DNA of 64,000 nucleotides from Sphyrna mokarran. Taxonomy: Eukaryota. Below the pieces are notes generated by a model. The model worked only from the letters and a program-made list of their open reading frames with translations. It did no database searches and was not told the origin of the DNA. Position 1 is the first letter of the stretch. Each line of letters begins with the position of its first letter. The position numbers and the translations under genes are program-made. Below, piece by piece: positions 26,101 through 36,790 of this stretch. The DNA is taken from contig JAGIQG010000004.1 in NCBI GenBank assembly GCA_024679065.1, positions 50,220,001-50,284,000 on the forward strand. Reading direction: 5' to 3'.

Positions 26101-27461
26101 ATTATGAAATTGAGATGTTTCCATTAATTGATGTAGTTCACAGGCAGTAATGCATTGAAAGGCAATTTGCTAATGTTTAAAGTTTTAAGTCATTCTATTT
26201 ACTATCCATTTATTCTAGGCAAACAGAGGAAAAGAGAGAAAAGATGTGTTCAGGAAAAGCAGGTAACTTCCAATAAGCATTTTAAAATAAGCTCTTCTGA
26301 AATCCCTTAACGAATTTTGTGTAAAATAAAATACCCTAAACAACAAAAAAGAAAATTGAGATTATGCAACAAAGGTTTTCATTGAATTTTGCTGTGGTCA
26401 TTTCATTTTGAGTCCTAGGCATAAGTAGAATGTAATACATAGAAATTATTATGTTCCCTTTGTTATCTTGTTGGATTATTGAGTGACTTTTATTTATATA
26501 TGTGCATATGTATATTTAATCATTCACCTGGAAGTATTAACTCATGCTGGAGTAGAACTTTATAGACTAGGTTTCCTCTGGTACCTTATTGAAGTGATGT
26601 AGAGATGTCAGTGTTGGACTGGTATAAACACAGTAAGAAGTCTCACAACACCAGGTTAAAGTCCAACCAGTTTATTTGATAGTAATCTCACAAGTTTCAG
26701 AAATAGTGTTCTTCCATTAAGTGTGTGGAAGGTTCTGATCAGACAAGGGCATAAAAAGTCACACATAATTTACAGAATACTGATTAGAGTGCAAATCTTT
26801 ACAGCTAATCTGCTATTCAAATCTTAAAGATGCAGACAATGTGAGTGGAGACAGCATTAGCAAAAGTTAAAAAGATGTATATTGTCTCCAGACAGGACAG
26901 TAAATCAGATTTTACAAGCCCAGGCAAGTCATGGGGATTACAGATAGTGTGACATGAACCCAAGATCCCGGTTGAGGCCATGCTCATGTGTGTGGAACTT
27001 GGCTGTCAGTCTACTGAGCGATTCTGTGCTGTTGTGTGTCGTGAGGGCCGCCTTGGAGAATGCTTACCCAAAGATCTGATCATGGGTTGGGTTGCAACCA
27101 AGTACTCACAGAAAAGGCTAGCAGTCAGGTGAATAGTGAAAGTAGAAAAAGCCTGGGCCAAGCACAATCCATTTTCTTGTGGGGCACAGAGGGATTTGGA
27201 TACTATCAAAATCAATCTCCTGTCAATCTCTTTTGTACTATTGTCTTGCAGCATATGCAAAAAGCAGCTAATAACGAGATGGTATATACAGCTATGGATT
27301 TCAACAACCTAGCTAAAGACACAAAGTACCAGCAGATGGAGAAGAGAAAAGCATGTCCCCATCTGCCACCAAGAAACCAGCAGAGAGGTGACAAGGTCGT
27401 TTATGCAACACCCCCACCCAAACAATACCAGGGCAGAAAGATGGGCCGCTCTGTGCAATGA
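17086..27461 (+). CDS. Six-exon IgSF type I membrane receptor: signal peptide - VJ-type V domain - C1 domain - TM - tyrosine-motif tail (SIRP/NKp30/VJ-C1-like), 348 aa
   Basis: Exons 17086-17140, 17384-17701, 23249-23557, 24914-25024, 26219-26262 and 27252-27461 total 1047 nt (348 codons + TGA). All introns are GT-AG with phases 1,1,1,1,0, and the joined frame has no stop. Confidence 0.9.
17384..17701 (+). CDS. Exon 2, V-set Ig domain with germline J-like G strand
   Basis: Acceptor ttttctccccacag; motifs VTFYC, VKWWK, DSGRYYC and NGTGTRLLVT; phase-1 donor G|gtgagt. Confidence 0.95.
18990..19340 (+). mobile_element. HE1-like tRNA-derived V-SINE in intron 2
   Basis: tRNA-like head (ggtgggacagtggttagtact), V domain, (gattctat)n tail. 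Confidence 0.9.
23249..23557 (+). CDS. Exon 3, C1-set Ig domain
   Basis: Phase-compatible acceptor tttctctcctccgctcccgaag; APPASPQI...RLACNSGTFHSKELSFKWFVNG...FQLSSFL...GTVYTCRVSY; phase-1 donor CAG|gtatgg. Confidence 0.92.
24914..25024 (+). CDS. Exon 4, transmembrane segment ERKSDIIPWWIYICIGSGALLLLLIITSIICKFCVCR
   Basis: Acceptor ttttgcag, donor AG|gtaagc, long uncharged hydrophobic run, phases match the flanking exons. Confidence 0.9.
26219..26262 (+). CDS. Exon 5, basic juxtamembrane cytoplasmic exon GKQRKREKRCVQEKQ
   Basis: Acceptor tttattctag, donor CAG|gtaact; bridges phase 1 to phase 0 as needed to keep the last exon in frame. Confidence 0.8.
26596..27078 (-). mobile_element. Penelope 3' fragment in intron 5 of the IgSF gene
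   Basis: Colinear with 32957-33400 and the reverse complement of 150-610. Confidence 0.85.
27252..27461 (+). CDS. Exon 6, cytoplasmic tail with MVYTAM, KYQQM and VVYATP tyrosine motifs
   Basis: Acceptor ttgtcttgcag, in frame to TGA at 27459-27461; AATAAA signals near 27638 and 27785. Confidence 0.85.
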   Translation, partial: HMQKAANNEMVYTAMDFNNLAKDTKYQQMEKRKACPHLPPRNQQRGDKVVYATPPPKQYQGRKMGRSVQ

Positions 27462-28667
27462 ATGCAAGCACAACATATCAGTTACTTGCAAGAAGTTGCT
27501 TCTACAAACTTATCTGATCCTGAGATAACAGTTCAAATATATATACTTGTGTCACTTTTTATAGAGCTAATTAAAACCAAATGTTTTCTTACTGTCCCTT
27601 CATGAATGTTGCTGACTAACAGCTTTTGAGTTACAAAAATAAATAATATGATGGCAATTGATGATAGTGACAATAGCTTCATTAGTGTTAGGCAGCAATT
27701 GTCTTAATGTCGCATTCTGTTAAGGAACTGTGAGGTTTACGCGAATTAAAACTAGAAACTAAAAATGGTTTTGTATCAAATCACAATAAAAATGTCCAAA
27801 CCTCTCCCCTCCCCTCAACACTGACATTCTTACCTTGAAAAGCTCAAAGTACGCTAGAAACCAAAACCTGCACAGTGCACTGTCAGAACTATTTCACTAT
27901 TTTGTTCCTCTTGGTTGAGTGAGTTTACATGCAGAACCGATAGCAAATATTGCTGAGGGATTGAAGTAATATTTTTGGAAAGTAAGTTGTGAGGACATAA
28001 AACGAAACAATGATTGTGAACGTAGAGAGATGTTTTGTGCAGCACCAACAGAGAAAATTATAAAGTAAATAATGTCTCAGCTAAGTTTAATGAGCAACTT
28101 CTTCACAAACAGAGTGGGTGGTGAATAAGTGTCGTTCAGATCAATCCTTCCACAGACTATGTACAGTTTGGTCTGTGGTGTACTCCTGTCCAAGTACAAA
28201 TGAGCAGCTAAATTGAGACCAGACTGTAAACCAGGAAAACATGAATACAAGAGAGCACATTCATTTGTACCATTCCACTAAAACCTGTTTGATCTCAAGA
28301 CCTAGGAATGTCTTCCAGATAATGTTTAATATATGGCCACATTTAACCACATATTTATGTGGCTTTTCATAGGAGCAGACAAAGAAAGGAATGTGGCTAT
28401 TCAGGCCATCAGTGCCTAGGCCAGCCCTTTGAAAATGCTGTTGAATTACTACCACTGCTTTTAGAATCTTTTTTTAAATAAAACCATTAATTGTACTGTC
28501 AATTGCTTCTAATAGGAATCCCTATCAGAGATCAATTTTTTCCATGCTAAAAATAATATATTTGAGCCAAAGCAAATTTCAATTACTTTCAGTTTCGGAC
28601 AGTTTTCTCTGCGCACTGCTCACTGCTGTTTCCTGCTTTCCAACACAGCCCACATATTTGCCATTAT

Positions 28668-28818
28668 TTTCAAGAACTTCTCCCATCCTGCCCGCCACTG
28701 GAGTCCTAGCGGCCGGCGGATGGCTGGGGGCCGGGGCGGGGTGGTGGGGTACCGACAATGTAAAGGTCCATTGAAGTCGGGCGGTTTGTAGGCGAGCACG
28801 GCCGAAGAATCCCGCCAA
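28668..28818. mobile_element. GC-rich MITE-like short repeat
   Basis: Imperfect inverted ends; similar motifs at ~42450-42560 and ~49505-49590. Confidence 0.45.
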
Positions 28819-29712
28819 GAATGTCTTACAAATGGAAATGGATAAAGTTACTTGCTAATGAATTGCTATACACCTCAAATTGTTAGAGTACTCCCACTGA
28901 TGTACATTGAGCATTAGTCATTTGCATGTACTGCAATTGTAGAGCATGCTCTGTGCTAAGGCGCAAATAGGAACGGGGCTTGATGGTAGAATCACAATTT
29001 ACATGCATAGTTGGGGACATCATAACTGTAGATGGACGGGCAACCTGCTGTGTAAGACTGATTGGTCATGTTAGTTGTTTAAAAAAGTTTCAATGCTACA
29101 TGAATGTAACTCGTTAATACCACACCAATCCACGGTTAAGGCAGATATTACAAAAGTGCACATGAATAAAACAATAATATTTTGATCTTATCTTAAGATT
29201 ATGGGAGGTTAATACATTAGTGCCGAGAGATCAAAGTCAGCGGCTTTAGTGATTATTCAGTATGTTGTGTGTAGCTCGAGTACTCAATGTGTAGGTTTGT
29301 TATGTATATCTTTGCTTTGTAAATTCTATCTAAATAAAGGTTTCTATTTCTGTAACTGGAGTCTCAGAATGTAATGTCATTTCAATTTAAGTCACACAGT
29401 AAACTGGGCAAGTCCTTGTGCATTCAATTCGCATTCACGTTTCATAAAACTAATATTTCTGCGTAAAAATTAAAATGATTTGGATTTGTCTCTTGGTGTT
29501 CAAAAGATATCTTCAGTCAAGCTCCTCAAGTAATCACAATTAATTCCCGTCTTACACGTTCCCATTTGGAATTCAGTGTGAATTCTCGGATAAAACAAAC
29601 TTTCGGCGGTAGTTTTCAAATCTTGCATTAGGCTCTGAGCAGACTGTAGGATGCAATGAAAGTCACCATCTGGTGAAGTGGCGTCAATTCCTAATAATTT
29701 CTGAAACAGAGG

Positions 29713-30523
29713 CAGCGCATTGTACAACTTCCAGATTGAAATTCACGTATTATTCTGATTCAAAAGCCGAGTGAAATGTCTGTCCAGTCTCCTAAACTCT
29801 GGACAGATGCATCACAGTTGAGCATTGCAGGGATTTGCATGCGGCGCACTCTATATCTATAAATATACATTATGCGGTGGAAACTAGAAGAGAACTCTGC
29901 CATTAAATACTTATGTTTAACCCTAAATCTCGAGTCTCGGTGAGCTGCAGAGGGGCCGGTTTGATATCAACATCAATATCATCGATATCAATTTAATTTT
30001 CTTTGTTCTTTGGGTAGGGGGTTTTATTTCAGTCGGGCAGCCTGCAGGCATGGAGGGCCGAAAGGCCTGTTGTTGTGCTGTAATTTTCTTTGTATCAGAT
30101 ACACCCCATCCAAAATACTGGTGGGACCCTATTTACAATGAGGAACTATGTTTATTACTGCATTTGGGATGTGTGAATTGTCTTTAGATTTTTTTACAGA
30201 GCTGCAAATAACAAGTAGCAATTGCTGAATGACTGCAAGCACAGACATCAGAGAGCTGGACGCGCTTCACTAAATGTTCACTGATGTCTAAGAGGGATCT
30301 TCGGATGTATACTTCAAATAAAAAGAGGCAACAGGCAGAAAGATTATTTCTCCTATGTGAAGGTACCGTCCCTATTTGGAGCTGCGACGCTAATAACCTG
30401 ATTATGTCCTCGGCCCCCTTGTGCTGCATTTCTTCAAAGTTGGGAGACTGGACTGAGGCCTTTCACCCGGCTTTTGAATCAGTATAACATGGGAATTCCA
30501 ATCTGGGGTTGTGCAATGAGCTG
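29713..30523. repeat. Diverged ~104-bp inverted repeat (29713-29816 and 30420-30523)
   Basis: Shared core ggagactggac..tttcac.cggcttttgaatcag..aat.tcaatctgg..gttgt.caatg.gctg in opposite orientations. Confidence 0.8.
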
Positions 30524-30699
30524 ACACATTATCTTGCAGAGCTTTTGCGGTAATTTTATTTTGCAACTGTCTTTTGCGGGTCGTGACACAGTTCTAAATT
30601 CAACCAGTTTTTCATACAAATCTAGAAATTTGGTGAAAGGTGGACAAACACTTCAAAAATGGTTGAAAACAAACAAGACCCTAACATTTGAAAAATACT

Positions 30700-31015
30700 C
30701 AGAATCTCTACAATGCAGAAGGATTCGGCCCATCGAGTCTGCACCGACAACAATCCCATCCAGACTCTACGTAAACCCACATTTTTGTCGCGTTAATCCC
30801 TCTAACCTACGCATTCCAGGACACTAACGGTCAATTTAGCATGGCTAATGCACTTATCACGCACATCTTTGGACTGTGGGAGAAAATCGCAGGAAACCCA
30901 CGCAGACACGGGGAGAAAGTGCAAGATCCAAACAGACAGCGATCCAAGCCGGGAATCAAACCCAAGTCCCTGGCGCTGTAAGGCAGCAGGGTTAACCACT
31001 GTGCCACCGTGCTGT
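30700..31015 (-). mobile_element. HE1-like V-SINE
   Basis: Reverse complement of the 18990-19340 family. Confidence 0.88.
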
Positions 31016-31475
31016 CCATGATTATTTCACAGTTGTGAAATAAAAGACTCTGATGTGAAGACAAGAAGTTACACAGAAAATGCAATGGGATACAAGCTTG
31101 TCATAAACTAAAAGCATCACTTTGGGGTGCTGCCGACAATTGATTTGAGATGCTAACTATTTCTCTGTCCGCAACTGATGCCAGATCTGCTGAGAATTTC
31201 GTGTATTCGTTGTTTCTCTTTCAGATTTTGTTTTCTGGTCTTTGGATTGTAGTTCACAAAAAACAGCAACAATTGTTACTTGGAGTTTGTTGCAAAACTG
31301 GGTAGAATCAAAGTCATCTTTTCATTTCAATAAAATTCATCCAAACTCAAATTTCCAATCATTATTTTATTTTTAAGTCAGATGTCACAAATAACCTGTC
31401 AGGAATTGTTATTTGCTAGTTAAAATAATTGTTAATTGCTAGTTATTGTTAATTGCTAGTTAAAATAGTCATACC

Positions 31476-31757
31476 GGGAGGCAGTGGGGTAATGGTATTG
31501 TCACTGGACTGGTAATTCAGAGACGCAGGAAAACGGTCTGCGTTCGAAGCACCCCACCACCATGGCAGAGGTGAGATTGAATAAGACGAATCTGGAATTA
31601 AAATTCTAATGATGACAATGAAACCATTGTCAATTTCCCTTTGGGAGAGGAAATCTACTGTCCTTACCTGGTCTAGTGACTATATATAATTTCAGATGTA
31701 CAGCAATAGCGTTGACTGTTAATTGCAACTTGAAGGATGATTAGGGATGGAATAAAT
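31476..31757 (+). mobile_element. tRNA-derived SINE of a different family
   Basis: A/B-box-like head (ggggtaatggt..gttcgaa); 3' tail ..gggatggaataaat resembles the LINE-like end near 37700-37730. Confidence 0.55.
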
Positions 31758-32255
31758 AACACCCCTTACTTTGAAAAAAATGAGCCTTCACAATAGTATC
31801 CTGGAATTATGCAGAGAAAAATAATTCTTAAAATTTCAATTCTGCTGAACTTTATTTATAAGTTTGAACAATTGTGTTTGAAGTTCAGTGATAAGTTTGT
31901 ACCATTAATCTGTGAAATACAATTATTCTCTCTTCTGATTATCTCAGTGAAACCAAAACAGAAAACGCCAGAGATACTCAGCAATGACGGAGAGAGAAAT
32001 AATGTTAATATTTCAAATCGGTGGCCTTACATCAGAACTGACCCAGTGAAAGAATTTGCTTTTTGAGCCGAATAGGAAGCTGAATTTGTGTTCTATGCTT
32101 ATTTATAATCCTTCTGAATGTTGGTGCTTTCTCTCTCGCTTGCCTTTTAAACGTATGCGACTTAGATGTATAAACTAGACCTCTTCATCCCATGTAAACC
32201 TCCCTGCTGTAGCTGCAGTGGCCGCTGGCTAAACTCAAACGATGTTACTACACAG

Positions 32256-32271
32256 CAGCGCCATCTGGTGG
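32256..32271 (-). promoter_or_regulatory. CTCF-binding motif
   Basis: Minus strand reads CCACCAGATGGCGCTG, a close match to the vertebrate CTCF core consensus, in apparently non-repeat DNA. Confidence 0.65.
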
Positions 32272-32956
32272 ATAACATATTATAAGCGGTGTGAATGTGA
32301 AATCTTTTCTCAATCGTTTTCTAGTACTGACTTGTTTGAATACCGATTCCTGCACCGACAGCTGATCCGGTGCGAGGAAGTGCAAAACCCTGGTGCAACC
32401 ATTTAGCTTCAACTGGGAATGAAATTGCGTTCATTCATTCACCGTTGAACGAACTCCAGTTCATGAATTCCACCTCATTGGGAATGGCAGAAAAATAGTC
32501 CATCGTCCGATTGCAAAATCATTCCCTGTAACTTCTTTAAACAACTTTGCGATCCGTCTCTCTCTCTTTCGCTTTGACCCCAAATCTGCAATTACCTCCC
32601 GGAAAGCTCAGCGAGTAAAGGAGCAGGAGGTTCTTGCTCCGATTCCTGGAAGTGATGTTTTAACTCATCTAGAGATGGTTAGACGTGAAAGGTGCAACAA
32701 TCCGCAACTTCCATACGTTAAGAGAAGTGAAAAAAAATACTCATTCCCAGAGAGAAAAGGGTTAGTGTTGTAGTCTCAGGGAAAGGTTCTGAATCTTGTA
32801 TAACTAACCATTAAATGACTATTGGTAACGCAAAACTAGACACGAAGTCCAAGTTGGAAGCTGCCTCCATGTTTGCTTCCACATAGATCTTTGTCTGGTC
32901 CAAGACTGGCTATGACACTGGGGCCAAGTGACTCATCACTCTGTGGGTGGAACTGT

Positions 32957-34556
32957 ACAGTAAGAAGTCTCACAACACCAAGTTAAAGTGGAACATGCTT
33001 ATATGGTATCATAAGCCACTAGCTTTTGGAATGTTGCCCCGTCCTCAGGTAAGTGGGAGTTCTGTTCACAAGTAGAGCATATAAAGACACAAACTCAATT
33101 TACAAAATAATGGTTGGAATGTGAGTCTTTACAGATAATCAAGTCTTAAAGTTACAGGTAATGTGAGTGGAGAGAGGGTTAAGCACAGGTTAAAGAGATG
33201 TGCATTGTCTCCAGCCAGGAAGGTTAGTGAGATTTTGCAAGCCTAGGTACGTCGTGGGGATTACAGATAGTGTGATATGAACTCAAGATCCCGGTTGAGG
33301 CTGTCCTCATGTATGCAGAACTTGGCTATCAGTGTCTGCTCAGCAACTCTGCGTTGTTGTGAAGGCCATCTTGGAGAACACTTACCCAAAGATCTGAGGC
33401 CCATGACCACTGAAGTGTCCCCCAACAGGAAGGGAACACTCTTGCCTGGTGAATGTCAAGCAGTGTTCATTCATCTGTTGTCATAGTGTCTGCATGGTCT
33501 CCCCAGTGAACCATGTCTCAAAACATCCTTTCCTGCAACCTATCAGGTCAACAACGTTGGCTGAGTTGCAAGTGTATGTGCCGTGTACCTGGTAGATGGT
33601 ATTCTCATGTGAGATTATGTCATCCGTGTCAATGACCCGGCATGTCTTGCAGAGGTTGCTGCGGCAGGGTTGTGTGGTATTGTGGTCACTGTTCTCCTGA
33701 AGGCTGGGTAGCCTGCTGCGGACAATAGTCTGTTTGAGGTTGTTGCGGTTGTTTGAAGGCAAGATGTGGGGGTGTGGGGATGGCCTTGGTGAGATGTTCT
33801 TCTCCATCAATGACATGTTGAAGGCTCCAGAGAAGATGTCATAGCTTTTCCGCTCTGGGGAAGTACTGGACGATGAAGGGAAGTCTGTCCGGCGTGTCCT
33901 GTGTTTGTCTTCTGAGAAGGTCGATGCAGTTTTTTCTGTGGCATGTCGGAACTGTCGATCGATAAGTCGAGTGCCATATCCTGTTCTTATGAGGCCATCT
34001 TTCAGTATCTGGAGGTGTCTGTTGCAATCCTCCTCATCTGAGCAGATCCTGTGTGTTCGGAGGGCTTATCCATAGGGGATAGGTTCTTTAACGTCAGCAA
34101 AGAAGCTGAAGAAATGGAGTATCATGAGGTTTCCATGGGCTTGTGGTACAGTGAAGTGCTGAAGTGACCATCCTTAATGGAGATGCGTGTGTCCAAGAAT
34201 GCAACCAATTCTGGAGAGTAATCCATGGTGAGTCTGATGGTGGGATGGAACTTGTTGATATCATCATATAGTTGTTTCAGTGATTGTTCACTGTGATTCC
34301 AAAGGAAAAAAATGTCATCGATGTACCTAGTGTATAGAATCAGTTGAAGGTCCTGTGCGGTGAAGGTCCTATACATGATGTTGACATATTGAGGTGTGAA
34401 TTTGGTCCCCATGGCTGTCCTTTGTGTCTGGATGAAAAACTGGCTGTTGAAGGTGAAGGATGAAATGGATGAAGTGGCTCGTGCTACAAATAAACTGTTG
34501 GACTTTAACCTGGTATTGTGAGATTTCTTACTGTGTTTACCCCAGCATCTCCACAT
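32957..34556 (-). mobile_element. Penelope-like element, 5'-truncated (RT and GIY-YIG remnants) with inverted terminal fragment
   Basis: TAMGTKFTPQY and YTRYIDDIFFLW (RT); TYTCNSANVV..IGC..C..WFTGETMQTL (GIY-YIG); + strand terminal fragment 34470-34556; flanks ggtggaactg / ggtggtactg are a probable TSD. Confidence 0.92.
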
Positions 34557-34596
34557 TGGTGGTACTGGAGGCAAATCCACACTAACACTTTCAACA

Positions 34597-34908
34597 CCAT
34601 AGAATGCCTACAGTGCAGAAGGAGGCCATTAGGTGCATTGAGTCTACACCAACAACAATTCCACTGAAACCTTATTCCTTCATATTTATCCTACTAATCG
34701 CCTGACAGTAGGCTCAATTTATCATGGTCAATCTACCTAATCTGTACATCTTTGGACTATGGGAGGAAACAAACACTCAGAGGAATCCCATACAGACACG
34801 GGGAAAATGTGCAAACTCCATATAGAGACTGACCCAAGGCTGGAATTGAACCCAGGTCCCTGGCGCTATGAGGCTGCAGTGGAAACTACTGTACCACCGT
34901 GTCACCCA
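34597..34908 (-). mobile_element. HE1-like V-SINE
   Basis: Same family core and tail. Confidence 0.85.
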
Positions 34909-34949
34909 AATACCTTTGTTCTACAGTTGGGGGTGATGAACAACGGAAA

Positions 34950-36790
34950 TAATTGAAAAAGAAAAGAAAGTTAGAATTAAGAAAATTGGAGTTCTATTCG
35001 TTTACCAATTGGCTGCATTAATTGAACAAGTCTCAGTCCACTATTGGGCTGATGACAAAGCAAAAATCAAAAAGTTGGAATCACGCTATAGGAAACTAGA
35101 AAAGAGAAACCAAATTTTAGAGGACCCCGGCTGGGAATCCTTGTCTCCCTATGGGCCGGCTGTACAACCCATGGCATCCATGGGAGACTTTGTTCGTGGA
35201 GTTAAACGCTGAGTTCGGTGTTCAGGAATGCCCGAAACTGCCGAAACAGATGGAACCTTTTTACAAGCATTTAAAGATGGGCTGTCACTAGCTCACCAAA
35301 ATATCCTTAAAATGGCAGTTCTTGGAACCCAGTTCTATGATGAATTAATGGAATGGATTTCTGGGACTAAGGATGGACCAGACGATAAACAACATCCAAG
35401 ATTAAAGCAGGACCACATAGCCTTAACTAATAGGATCAAGCTTAAGGGGATTTGTCATAATTGTGGAAGCCAGGCCATTTCACCCGGGACTGTTGGGCCC
35501 CAAGCAGAGCGGGTAAGAGGAAAATGCTTACATGCCAATTTTTCAATAAGGATGACCACACATAGGCCACTTGTTGGAGCAAATACAGACATCCTAGTCA
35601 GGCTTCCCCTGCCATCACAGAGAGGGTAAACTGACAAGGGGCAGCCCCTGCAAGTTCGAGTTAGAAGGAGGGTAGAATCTATATATCTGCATTAGTAGGA
35701 AGCCGACAATGTGAAACGCTGGTGGACATGGGAACTTCCATATCTATCACTGACCTACCCTTACCAACCACTAATAAAATGATCTATGTAAGAGGAATTA
35801 ATAGACAGAAGACTCCTGTCTGCTTAAGCGAAGTAAGAAGCCTCACAACACCAGGTTAAAGTCCAATAGGTTTATTTGATAGCTATTAAATAAACTGGTT
35901 AGGCTTTAACCTGGTGTTATGAAACTTTTTACTGCGTTTACCCCAGTTCAATGCCAGCATCTCTACATCATGCTTAAGAGAAACCATCCTAGTAGAAATT
36001 AATAACCTGTATATACCTATGTAATTTTATGATGTAAAAATAATGAAGGAACCATTATGGGAAATGACCTGATGAAGGAATATGAAGTCTTAATAGATTG
36101 TGGGAAGGACAATTTGATTCAGAAGAAAAGGCAGGGTAGGAACATACGTAAACCATTTAGAAATCGTCCATGTCACGTCTGCAATAGGACACGACTGGCA
36201 GTTAGAAGGTAACGGATTTGGCGCCACTTGTGCCTCAGTTCCAGGGGTCTGGGCAAAAACTAAACTGGATACCAAGCTAATTAAAATTAATCCCAAAATA
36301 GTAGAAGGTTCAGAACATAAACCTCACCAACAATATCCGATGAAACCTGAAGCCAAGAAGGCGGCTGAGGAAATTGTGAAGGTATTGGTGGAAAAAGGGA
36401 TCCTGCAGGAGACCACTAACTCCTTGACTTGGTAGGTGTCCAAACCAGATGGGAGTTGCTGATTAAGCATTGATTATATAGCTTTATTTAAAGTAATTCC
36501 TAAAGTGCGTCCCATTATGGTCAGTCACTCCACCATCCTAAACAGATTTTCATCATCCTGTTAGATTTTTATGGTATTAGACATTGCCAAGAGTTTTGGT
36601 CCATCCCTTTGAATTTTAATTCACAGGGTAAATTTGCTTCACAGTGGGTAATAAGCAATACACTTGAACTAGGCTCTCTTAGGGATTCCATAACAGCTCG
36701 GCCATATTTCACCAAGTAATGAATAAAACACTGAAGCAAATGGAGCTCCCAGAGGGGAGCACAATTTTACAGTATGTGGATGACATCTAG
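34950..36790 (+). mobile_element. Decayed gag-protease-RT of an LTR retroelement with spumavirus/lokiretrovirus-like RT
   Basis: Frameshifted zinc knuckle CHNCGSQ(G)HFTRDC at ~35453; protease TLVDMGTS at ~35716; RT QQYPMKPEAK, KPDGS, LSIDY, VLDIA, QYT.TRL..GFHNSSAIFH and LQYVDDI ending ~36787. Confidence 0.85.
35833..35970. mobile_element. 138-bp palindromic Penelope mini-insertion in the retroviral protease region
   Basis: Head-to-head terminal motifs; 12-bp TSD tgcttaagcgaa (35821-35832) / tgcttaagagaa (35971-35982). Confidence 0.85.

Noticed and set aside
27060-27251. N-terminal part of the 133-aa ORF 27060-27461
   Set aside because: Intronic and starting in Penelope sequence; only 27252-27461 follows a splice acceptor.
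29500-30429. Minus-strand ORFs of 75 and 81 aa as a possible cytokine gene
   Set aside because: Non-ATG starts, no recognisable motif or signal peptide, and no convincing splice structure.
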